NCBI GenBank assembly: GCA_035547915.1
Contig: DASZTS010000014.1
Coordinates: forward strand, 53,134 to 117,133
Direction: 5' to 3'
Origin: Pirellulales bacterium
GTDB taxonomy: Bacteria > Planctomycetota > Planctomycetia > Pirellulales > JAICIG01
DNA length: 64,000 nucleotides
Positions 51,411 through 57,794 of this stretch are shown here, in pieces (within the stretch, counting starts at the first letter, position 1; the number at the start of each line of letters is the position of its first letter). The position numbers and the translations under genes are program-made. Under the pieces are notes generated by a model, which had not been told where the DNA came from, did no database searches, and saw only the letters and a program-made list of their open reading frames with translations.

Positions 51411-51484
51411 GCCTAGGTACGCCAACAGGCAGAGCGGCTTGGCTTAAACCCAAGTGTTTGCGGGTTCAACTCCCGCCCTGGGCA
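51411..51484 (+). tRNA. Class-I (short variable arm) tRNA with UAA anticodon (Leu anticodon, atypical)
   Basis: Acceptor GCCTAGG/CCTGGGC, anticodon arm CTTGG-CTTAAAC-CCAAG, T-arm GCGGG-TTCAACT-CCCGC. 74 nt with only a 5-nt variable loop. Confidence 0.55.
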
Positions 51485-51546
51485 CTCGTGAAGACAGCTT
51501 AGAGCAACCGGCAAGATCGGACGCCGGTCTTGTCAGCCGCTCTTAC

Positions 51547-51619
51547 GGCTCGGTAGGCAACGGCAGACCACCTTGGCTTAGAACCAGGGATGCTGTGGGT
51601 TCGAGTCCCACCTGAGCCA
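51547..51619 (+). tRNA. Class-I tRNA with UAG anticodon (Leu anticodon, atypical)
   Basis: Acceptor GGCTCGG/CTGAGCC, anticodon arm CTTGG-CTTAGAA-CCAGG, T-arm GTGGG-TTCGAGT-CCCAC. 6-nt variable loop. Confidence 0.55.
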
Positions 51620-51624
51620 TTCGC

Positions 51625-51742
51625 ATAAGAACGGCTGACGAAACCTGGAAGCCGGAGCGCGGCGGGCGAAAAATCGGTCGTGAAACGCCGAGTTTTTGAA
51701 ACATCGAGTCGGTTTCGTCAGTTGCTCGAAGAATTTCGTCCT
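51625..51742. repeat. Palindromic ~110-bp spacer element (TAGAGCGGCTGACAAAACCGG ... CCGGTTTTGTCGGTTGCTCTA family)
   Basis: Inverted terminal arms and internal hairpin ATCGGCCGTGAAACGCCGAT. Further copies at 52014-52108, 52352-52473, 52553-52660 and 55491-55600. Partial copies at 51497-51545, 52905-52950, 53290-53350 and 56451-56512. Confidence 0.75.
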
Positions 51743-51747
51743 CGTGG

Positions 51748-51822
51748 AGCAGCCTGGAGTGCTCGCCACCCTGTCAAGGTGGAGGTCGTGGGTTCAAATC
51801 CCATCGGGGACGCCTTTGAAAG
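51748..51822 (+). tRNA. tRNA-Asp(GTC)
   Basis: Acceptor GTCCTCG/CGGGGAC, G73, D-stem GAGC/GCTC, anticodon arm CCACC-CTGTCAA-GGTGG, T-arm GTGGG-TTCAAAT-CCCAT. Confidence 0.8.
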
Positions 51823-51835
51823 CACGGCGCGGTAC

Positions 51836-51913
51836 GCAAACGGGAAAAGCGGCCAAGCTCAAACCTTGGTGATTCTTTGTCGGTTCGACTCCGACCCGCG
51901 CCACTCGAACACG
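51836..51913 (+). tRNA. tRNA with CAA anticodon (Leu anticodon), 9-nt variable loop, atypical
   Basis: Acceptor GGCGCGG/CCGCGCC, anticodon arm CCAAG-CTCAAAC-CTTGG, T-arm GTCGG-TTCGACT-CCGAC. 78 nt, without the long class-II variable arm. Confidence 0.55.
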
Positions 51914-51931
51914 AACAACATGCGTCGGTTG

Positions 51932-52013
51932 GGCATTGGCAAGCTCCAGTGGCCGTAACCCACCCGCCTTCGGGCTCTGCAGGTTCGACTCCTGCCCGGC
52001 GCACTAAGAGCGG
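51932..52013 (+). tRNA. tRNA-Tyr(GTA) (class II), C33
   Basis: Acceptor GCGTCGG/CCGGCGC, A73, anticodon loop CCGTAAC, variable arm CCGCCTTCGGGCT, T-arm GCAGG-TTCGACT-CCTGC. Confidence 0.55.
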
Positions 52014-52117
52014 CTGACAAAATCGGGAAGCCGGAGTGCCGCGGGCGAAAAAATCGGCCGTGAAACGCCGGTTTTTGTGGCTCGATCCGGTTCTGTCGGT
52101 TGCTCTAGATACAACTT

Positions 52118-52188
52118 GGCCCGTTCGTCTATCGGTAGGACACGAGCCCCTCAAGCTCGGAAGGCGGGTTCGATTCCCGTGCGGGTCA
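52118..52188 (+). tRNA. tRNA-Glu(CTC), C33
   Basis: Acceptor GGCCCGT/GCGGGTC, D-arm of Glu type (TCGTCTATCGGTAGGAC), anticodon arm CGAGC-CCCTCAA-GCTCG, T-arm GCGGG-TTCGATT-CCCGT. Confidence 0.6.
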
Positions 52189-52192
52189 CTTC

Positions 52193-52276
52193 GGCCAAGT
52201 GGTGCAATTGGAAGACACACGACGCTCAGAACGTCGGCCCCTCGCGGGCGTGGGAGTTCGAGTCTCCCCTTGGTCA
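52193..52276 (+). tRNA. tRNA-Leu(CAG) (canonical class II)
   Basis: Acceptor GGCCAAG/CTTGGTC, anticodon arm CGACG-CTCAGAA-CGTCG, long variable arm GCCCCTCGCGGGCGT, T-arm GGGAG-TTCGAGT-CTCCC. Confidence 0.8.
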
Positions 52277-52282
52277 TTTCGA

Positions 52283-52351
52283 CGCAGGTGGGCCAGTGTC
52301 CAGCGAAGCCTCATAAGCTTCGCGCGCCGGGTGCGACTCCCGGACCTGCAA
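52283..52351 (+). tRNA. tRNA-Met(CAT), short (69 nt), initiator-like C1.A72 mismatch
   Basis: Anticodon arm (GC)GAAGC-CTCATAA-GCTTC(GC), T-arm CCGGG-TGCGACT-CCCGG, acceptor CGCAGGT/ACCTGCA with unpaired C1.A72 and A73. Reduced D-arm. Confidence 0.5.
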
Positions 52352-52476
52352 CTTTGGAGTTGCTCTTAGAGCGGCTGACAAAACCCGGAAGCCGGAGCGC
52401 CCGTGGGCGAAAAATCGGCCGTGAAACGCCGATTTTTGTGGAGCGAAGTCCGGTTTTGTCGGTTGCTCTTAGATGC

Positions 52477-52552
52477 GGCCGGGTACGCAAACCGGAAAAG
52501 CGGCGAGGTCGAGAGCCTCGTGACTCTGTGGGTTCGACCCCCACCTCGGCTA
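52477..52552 (+). tRNA. tRNA with GAG anticodon (Leu anticodon), 7-nt variable loop, C33, atypical
   Basis: Paralog of the CAA tRNA (same TA-CGC-AAACCGGAAAA-GCG D-arm). Anticodon arm CGAGG-TCGAGAG-CCTCG, T-arm GTGGG-TTCGACC-CCCAC. Confidence 0.5.
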
Positions 52553-52660
52553 CTAAGAGCGGTTGACAAAAGCTAGACGCCGGCGCGCCGCGGGCGAGAA
52601 ATCGGCCGCGAAACGCCGATCTTTGTGGAGCGCGATCTGGTTTTGTCGATTGCTCTAAAC

Positions 52661-52732
52661 GATCTCGTGGTCCAACGGCGACGACGCTTGGCTGACGTCC
52701 GGGAAACGATGGTTCAACTCCATCCGGGATCA
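52661..52732 (+). tRNA. tRNA-Val(GAC)
   Basis: Acceptor GATCTCG/CGGGATC, anticodon arm CTTGG-CTGACGT-CCGGG (two G.U pairs), T-arm GATGG-TTCAACT-CCATC. Confidence 0.55.
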
Positions 52733-52737
52733 CTCAT

Positions 52738-52808
52738 GGTCTGTAGGTGTTTCGGCAGCACACCGCCGTGGTAAGGCGGAAGACCCGGTTCAATTCCGGG
52801 ACGGACCT
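52738..52808 (+). tRNA. tRNA-Thr(GGT)
   Basis: Acceptor GGTCTGT/ACGGACC, anticodon arm CCGCC-GTGGTAA-GGCGG, T-arm CCCGG-TTCAATT-CCGGG. Confidence 0.75.
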
Positions 52809-52829
52809 CTGACACGACAAACACAACAC

Positions 52830-52901
52830 GGGCCTGCATGTCCCCGGAGGCGACTGACCCTTGCAAGGTCGGTGTGATGGGTTCGACCCCCATCAGGTCC
52901 A
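52830..52901 (+). tRNA. tRNA-Ala(TGC)
   Basis: G3.U70 identity pair, acceptor GGGCCTG/CAGGTCC, anticodon arm TGACC-CTTGCAA-GGTCG, T-arm ATGGG-TTCGACC-CCCAT. Confidence 0.8.
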
Positions 52902-52955
52902 CTTGTTAGAGGAACCGACAGAACCGGATCGAGCTTTCCTCGGATCGACTGATAT

Positions 52956-53026
52956 GGGCTGCTGGTCCAACGGGACGACGCCGGCTCCGCAGGCCGGAAA
53001 TCGGAGTTCGACTCTCCGGCGGTCCA
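52956..53026 (+). tRNA. tRNA-Ala(CGC), C33
   Basis: G3.U70 present. Anticodon arm CCGGC-TCCGCAG-GCCGG, T-arm CGGAG-TTCGACT-CTCCG. Confidence 0.6.
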
Positions 53027-53036
53027 CTGACAACGA

Positions 53037-53107
53037 GGGCTCATCGTCAAAAGGGAAGACGCCAGTCCGGCAGGCTGGAGATCTGGGTTCGATTCCCAGT
53101 GGGTCCA
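53037..53107 (+). tRNA. tRNA-Ala(GGC), C33
   Basis: G3.U70 present. Anticodon arm CCAGT-CCGGCAG-GCTGG, T-arm CTGGG-TTCGATT-CCCAG. Confidence 0.6.
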
Positions 53108-53124
53108 CTCAACCGAGGAGAAAG

Positions 53125-53211
53125 GGAAGGTAGGCGGATACGGCTTGCCGCGCCGCTTTGCTAAAGCGGTTCCCGGGACACGGGATGAGGGTTCGACTCC
53201 CTTGCCTTCCG
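53125..53211 (+). tRNA. tRNA-Ser(GCT) (class II)
   Basis: Acceptor GGAAGGT/GCCTTCC, G73, anticodon arm CCGCT-TTGCTAA-AGCGG, variable arm TCCCG-GGACA-CGGGA, T-arm GAGGG-TTCGACT-CCCTT. Confidence 0.75.
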
Positions 53212-53217
53212 CTCGTT

Positions 53218-53289
53218 GCCCCGATGGTGAAACGGACATCATCCCCTGCTTCTAACTGGGTGTTCCGGGTTCGAGTCCTGGTCGGGGTA
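53218..53289 (+). tRNA. tRNA-Arg(TCT)
   Basis: Acceptor GCCCCGA/TCGGGGT, anticodon arm CCCTG-CTTCTAA-CTGGG (one U.U mismatch), T-arm CCGGG-TTCGAGT-CCTGG. Confidence 0.5.
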
Positions 53290-53366
53290 CTGATAAGAGC
53301 AACCGAAAAGACCGGATTGCGCTCTCGGCTTCCGGTTCTTGCCGGCCACTGTAAGGAGGACCGTTT

Positions 53367-54170
53367 ATGACAACCGACATCGAGAGGCAATTCGCCAAGA
53401 TGGGTGCGCGGATCAAGCTGCACGAGCGCGAGCAGATCGGCAGCATGGCCGGCGTCTCGATCGACATCGGTCGCGACCGGTTGGGCGAGTTTTATGACGT
53501 CTCTGTGGACAACCGCGACGACAAGAACTTGTCGGTGCTCGACGTGCGACCCCGCATCCGGCACTTGCTGTTGTCGTACCATCGGCCGGCGGTGAACACC
53601 AACAGCCGGTTCCTGTGCGGTCACGACGAGCGGCATTGGTTCGTCGCGGCGATCCCCGAAACATCGGCGTCGTCGTCGGTGCGGACCGCCATGGAGTCGC
53701 TCAAGCCGATGGCCGTTCGCCGCCTGCAGGAGAGACTTCGCGTCAAGCCACAGAAGCGGAACCGCCGGCGCAACGCAGCGTTCGTCCGACAGGGCGAGTG
53801 GTTCTTCATCCGTATTGCTCCATCCGTCCGCATCGACGAGTGGATGGTTCTGCGGAACGAGCCATTGCGGCGTGGCAACGGCAAGCCGCATTTCGTCGAG
53901 GAGCTGATTCGCGTCGGCGGAGAAGCGGTCTATGTCAGCAACCAATACCCGCAGGGTCTCACGTTCCGCGAGTATCAGAAGCTGATCGGCCGCAAGCCGG
54001 AGCTACGGCACTTGCAATGGGTTGTGCAGCGGCGCAACCCGCAGGTTTTTGTACGGGGTAGGGTTCGCCATGCCGATCACAAGACGATTTTCTTGGACGG
54101 CTGGCACCAGGTACTGATGAACACCGAGACGCAGTCGCTCGCGATGCGTCATGTGGCGTTCATCGACTGA
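53367..54170 (+). CDS. Hypothetical protein (inside tRNA array)
   Basis: RBS AAGGAGG then ATG. 267-aa basic protein with no recognised motif. Confidence 0.5.
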   Translation: MTTDIERQFAKMGARIKLHEREQIGSMAGVSIDIGRDRLGEFYDVSVDNRDDKNLSVLDVRPRIRHLLLSYHRPAVNTNSRFLCGHDERHWFVAAIPETSASSSVRTAMESLKPMAVRRLQERLRVKPQKRNRRRNAAFVRQGEWFFIRIAPSVRIDEWMVLRNEPLRRGNGKPHFVEELIRVGGEAVYVSNQYPQGLTFREYQKLIGRKPELRHLQWVVQRRNPQVFVRGRVRHADHKTIFLDGWHQVLMNTETQSLAMRHVAFID

Positions 54171-54202
54171 GAGTCGGACGATAAAGAGAGCCGGACGATA
54201 AA

Positions 54203-54356
54203 TTCCCTCTCCCTCCGGGAGAGGGTTAGGGTGAGGGCCGATCGCGCGCTCCTGTGTTGTCGACTCTCTTCGGACGTGGCTGAGTTTTCGCTGAACAGGG
54301 GACCGACCCCATTAGTACTCTCAGCCGCCCTCACCCAACCCTCTCCCCGAGGAGAG
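54203..54356. repeat. ~160-bp palindromic element (CCCTCTCCC...GGGAGAGGG family), copy 2
   Basis: Near-identical to 12053-12212. Partial copies at 55112-55170 and 55320-55345. Confidence 0.8.
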
Positions 54357-54414
54357 GACGGAAGACTGCGGAAGTTATTCGATCGCGGGTTGGCGGAACC
54401 GTCGACCCGCATAC

Positions 54415-54490
54415 GGTGTCTGTGGTGTAGCGGTATTCTGCACGCCCGGCTGTGAACCGGATGGTATGGGTTCGACTCCCGTCAGACACC
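54415..54490 (+). tRNA. tRNA-His(GTG) with encoded G-1
   Basis: G-1 pairs with C73. Acceptor GTGTCTG/CAGACAC, anticodon arm CCCGG-CTGTGAA-CCGGA, T-arm ATGGG-TTCGACT-CCCGT. Followed by a CTTTTTTTG tract. Confidence 0.8.
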
Positions 54491-54517
54491 CTTTTTTTGA
54501 CAAGGAGGAATTTGGTC

Positions 54518-55111
54518 GTGGTTGCAAAGATGTTGAACAGACCGGCGCTGGTGCTCAACCGTAACTGGCAGCCGGTGAACGTCGCTACCGTCGCTCGCGC
54601 GCTGGTCATGCTCTTCAACGAGGCGGCCCGCGTCGTCGACCCGCACGACTACCAGCTCTACACCTGGACTGACTGGTCGCGGCTGGCTCCGCGCGACGGC
54701 GAGCCGTTCATCCGGGCGGTGAGCCTGCGGCTGCGCGTGCCGGAGGTGATCGTGCTGGCGGGTTACGATCGGCTGCCCGAGGCGGCCGTCTCGTTCAGCC
54801 GGCGCAACATCTTCAAGCGTGACCACTACACGTGCCAGTATTGCGGCGTGCAACCCGGCCTCGCGGAGTTGTCGATCGACCACGTCGTCCCGCGGTCGCA
54901 GGGCGGCACCTCGACCTGGGACAACTGCGTGCTGGCATGCGTGGACTGCAACAAGACGAAGGCCGACCGCACGCCCGCCGAGGCCGGCATGAAACTGCGC
55001 AAGCAGCCTTGCCGGCCACAATGGAAGCCACTCTACGCCGCGCACAACGTGCGCATCGAGAGCTGGTCGAAGTTCATCAGCGAAGCCTACTGGAGTGTCG
55101 AACTCCGCTAG
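54518..55111 (+). CDS. HNH endonuclease
   Basis: C-terminal HNH motif (DHVVPRSQGGTSTWDNCVLACVDCNKTKADRTP) and Cys-rich CQYCG. RBS AAGGAGG, then a GTG at 54518 or an ATG at 54530. Confidence 0.75.
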   Translation: MVAKMLNRPALVLNRNWQPVNVATVARALVMLFNEAARVVDPHDYQLYTWTDWSRLAPRDGEPFIRAVSLRLRVPEVIVLAGYDRLPEAAVSFSRRNIFKRDHYTCQYCGVQPGLAELSIDHVVPRSQGGTSTWDNCVLACVDCNKTKADRTPAEAGMKLRKQPCRPQWKPLYAAHNVRIESWSKFISEAYWSVELR

Positions 55112-55245
55112 ATCCCCTCTCCCTCTGGGAGAGGGTTAGGGTGAGGGCGGCTTGCATTACAAGCCGCGTCCAACCTGCCTCTCGCTGACAATAGTTTCTT
55201 CGTTCGTTTCCCGATCCAAGCTGGGGCAGCTTGGATCGGCCTTAT

Positions 55246-55315
55246 AGGATCGTGCTCCTGGGAGAGCACGCGGTCTCCAAAGCCGCTTCACGGGGTTCGA
55301 CTCCTCGCGATCCTG
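55246..55315 (+). tRNA. tRNA-Trp(CCA)
   Basis: A1:U72 acceptor AGGATCG/CGATCCT, G73, D-stem GCTC/GAGC, anticodon arm GCGGT-CTCCAAA-GCCGC, T-arm CGGGG-TTCGACT-CCTCG. Confidence 0.8.
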
Positions 55316-55414
55316 CTCGATCCCCTCTCCCTCCGGGAGAGGGCAAACAGGTCGATACCCGTGCCCAGTGACAACTACATAACACGCGAGTCATCGGCCT
55401 TACATGAACAACCT

Positions 55415-55486
55415 GTCCTGATGGTGTAACGGAACGCATTCGACCCTCCGAAGGTCGTGGTCCTGGTTCGAGTCCAGGTCGGGACA
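55415..55486 (+). tRNA. tRNA-Arg(CCG)
   Basis: Acceptor GTCCTGA/TCGGGAC, anticodon arm CGACC-CTCCGAA-GGTCG, T-arm CCTGG-TTCGAGT-CCAGG. T-tract follows. Confidence 0.8.
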
Positions 55487-55613
55487 TTTTTTAGATTACA
55501 GAGCAACCGACAAAACCGGATGCAGCTCCGACAAATCGGCGTTTCACGGCCGATTTTTCGCCCACCGCGCTCCTGCTTCCGAGTCTTGTCAGCCGCTCTG
55601 GCGATCCAACCTT

Positions 55614-55684
55614 GCCCTGCGAGTGTGATGGAAGCACGGCAGTCTTCGGAACTGCAAGACGGGGTCCGATTCCTCGGCGGGGTA
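55614..55684 (+). tRNA. tRNA-Arg(TCG)
   Basis: Acceptor GCCCTGC/GCGGGGT, anticodon arm GCAGT-CTTCGGA-ACTGC, T-arm CGGGG-TCCGATT-CCTCG. Confidence 0.7.
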
Positions 55685-55703
55685 CTGCTGCTCGAAAAAA
55701 CTT

Positions 55704-55777
55704 GTCCTCGGAGTGTGCCGGATTTCGCACGCGAGCCCGCGAAGCTCGTAGACCAGGTTCGATTCCTGGCGAGGACG
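55704..55777 (+). tRNA. tRNA-Arg(GCG), C33
   Basis: Perfect acceptor GTCCTCG/CGAGGAC, anticodon arm CGAGC-CCGCGAA-GCTCG, T-arm CCAGG-TTCGATT-CCTGG. Confidence 0.55.
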
Positions 55778-55788
55778 CTTGAACGATT

Positions 55789-55860
55789 GACGCTGGAGCC
55801 AGACGGCACGGCAACCGCCTGCAAAGCGGTTCGAAGCGGGTTCGACTCCCGCCGGCGTCT
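55789..55860 (+). tRNA. tRNA-Cys(GCA)
   Basis: Acceptor GACGCTG/CGGCGTC, U73, anticodon arm ACCGC-CTGCAAA-GCGGT, T-arm GCGGG-TTCGACT-CCCGC. Confidence 0.8.
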
Positions 55861-55868
55861 CTTGAAGA

Positions 55869-56033
55869 CAGGCATTGGGATGCCGACCAGGCCAGCGGCA
55901 CACCGACCCCGCGTAATGCGGTCGGCCGAGTGTGTTCCGTGCATGGGTTCTGACAACGGTCGGCATCACGTGGTAGCTCAAAGGTGAAAAACCCGAGAGT
56001 TGCGGGTTCGACTCCCGTCGAATGCACCACAGT
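55869..56033 (+). ncRNA. tRNA-like element: canonical T-arm + acceptor 3' strand with encoded CCA, but ~80 nt too long for a tRNA
   Basis: 3' end GCGGG-TTCGACT-CCCGT-CGAATGC-A-CCA (55995-56033). A possible 5' acceptor partner GCATTGG sits at 55870-55876. No canonical anticodon arm could be folded in between. Confidence 0.3.
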
Positions 56034-56528
56034 CGGCTCATAACCGACCGGGTGGAAAACACCCTCGCGAAAGCCCGAGGGAGGCGGACGTTTCGGCCGG
56101 TCAGCCCTAAACCGTACGGCGGGCGTTCGACGTGATGCGCTTCGGCACCGGACCGAAAGGTCGGTGTCCGGGGCCGTCGCCAGAACGGCGTTGACGGTTT
56201 TCGGCAGCATCACCAACTGCCATGTAGTGCGTGGATACCGCTTCTCGCGGGCGGTCGGCTACGGCGGCGAAGGCAGGCGAGCCGTGAAGGGCGTTGCCCG
56301 ACATGACAAGCCGATCCTTGCCGGCCAACGCCAGCAGTCCGTGGTTGCTCAAGCAGCACTCCGCGGACGGTGGTGTGACCGACGTTGCGTTCCGCCGCCC
56401 GACGGCGTTTTTTATTGCATACAATCCGGCCGCATGAGCGCGCCGGCGATCGTTAGAGCAAACGACAAGACCGGATCGAGCTCCGACTTCGCAGTCTTGT
56501 CCGCCGCTCTCAGGAAGGAAGGTGCAGC

Positions 56529-57629
56529 ATGTTGAAGACCGTGAAGATTGCCAGCTACGAAATGGGCCTCTACTTCCGCAACGGCGAATTCAAGGGCCTG
56601 CTCGCGCCGGGTCGGCACTGGTTCGTCGACCCGACGTTGAAGGCTCAGGTGCAGGTCGCGTCGCAGCGCGATCCGTGGATCGTCCACGACAAGCTCGACG
56701 TGATCGTCAAGTCGGGCGTGCTCAAGGACCGCGCCGTGGTGATCGACCTGAAGGACCATCAGCGGGCACTGGTCTGGATCGACGGCCGCTTCAGCCACGT
56801 GCTGCCGCCCGGCCTGTACGCCTACTGGACCGGCTTCCGCGACGTGAAGGTGGAGACCGTCGATGCGCGGCGCGTGCGCTTCGTGCACAAGGATCTGCAC
56901 GTCATCACTCGCTCGGCCCTGGCCGACCGGGTGCTGGAGGTTTTGGCGGTCGAGCAGGGCCACGTGGGCGTGCTCTACGTGGACGGTACTTACGTCGAGA
57001 CGTTGCCTGCGGGCCGCCACGCCTTCTGGAAGAACGTGGCCAAGGTCACGCTCGTGCCGGTGGACCTGCGCGAGGCGATGTACGACGTCGCCGGCCAGGA
57101 GATCATGACGGCCGACAAGGTGACGCTGCGCCTCAACGCCGTGGTAACCTACCGGGTGACCGACGCGTTGAAGGTCGTCAGCATCACCGACGACGCTCGG
57201 CAGGCCCTGTACCGCGAGGCGCAGTTGGCCCTGCGGGCGGTGATCGGTGCCCGCGAGCTCGACAGCTTCTTGACCGCCAAGGATGGCGTGGCCGGCGAGC
57301 TGGAAGAGTTGCTGCGCCCCCGGGCGATCACGCTCGGCTTCGAGTTGATCGCCGTGGGCGTCCGCGACGTGATCCTGCCGGGCGAGATGAAGACGCTGCT
57401 CAACCGGGTGACCGAGGCCAAGAAGGCCGCCGAGGCCAACCTGATCGTGCGGCGTGAAGAGACGGCGGCCATGCGCAGCCAGGCGAACACCGCCAAGCTG
57501 CTCGAGGATAACCCCACCCTCATGCGCCTGCGTGAGCTGGAGATCCTCGAAAAGGTCGCCGCCGGCAGCAAGCTGAACGTCGTGCTCGGCGAGAAGGGAT
57601 TGGCCGAGCGGATTGTGAATCTGCTGTAG
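56529..57629 (+). CDS. SPFH/band-7 domain protein
   Basis: SPFH core (…LRLNAVVTYRVTDALKVV…) and coiled-coil C-terminus (EAKKAAEANLIVRREETAAMRSQANTAKLL). Confidence 0.75.
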   Translation: MLKTVKIASYEMGLYFRNGEFKGLLAPGRHWFVDPTLKAQVQVASQRDPWIVHDKLDVIVKSGVLKDRAVVIDLKDHQRALVWIDGRFSHVLPPGLYAYWTGFRDVKVETVDARRVRFVHKDLHVITRSALADRVLEVLAVEQGHVGVLYVDGTYVETLPAGRHAFWKNVAKVTLVPVDLREAMYDVAGQEIMTADKVTLRLNAVVTYRVTDALKVVSITDDARQALYREAQLALRAVIGARELDSFLTAKDGVAGELEELLRPRAITLGFELIAVGVRDVILPGEMKTLLNRVTEAKKAAEANLIVRREETAAMRSQANTAKLLEDNPTLMRLRELEILEKVAAGSKLNVVLGEKGLAERIVNLL

Positions 57630-57794
57630 TGAATCAACGCCCCTGGTTGCCTTTAGGCGCCAGGGGCGTTTTTGTTTTCGTGTTTGGAATCGTACTTCCG
57701 AACCGTACGACGTCCCACGAACACTTTATGCCAACGTCGAACGCCGGTACGATGTGCGATATTCTCAGCCGTGAATCAGAGCCGTTTTCAACGT

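Noticed and set aside
54452-54517. Upstream part of ORF 54452-55111
   Set aside because: Overlaps the tRNA-His 3' end and terminator-like T-tract. The RBS AAGGAGG at 54502 points to a start at 54518 or 54530.
51497-55600. Possible CRISPR array (regularly recurring repeats)
   Set aside because: The repeats are ~110 bp, internally palindromic, unevenly spaced and separated by tRNA genes rather than short unique spacers. No cas genes are present.
50727-56216. Numerous 60-280-aa ORFs on both strands across the right tRNA array (e.g. 51774-52277(-), 53109-53945(-), 55491-56216(-))
   Set aside because: They span tRNA genes and spacer repeats. Compositionally biased artefacts. Only 53367-54170 and 54518-55111 have RBSs and avoid the tRNAs.
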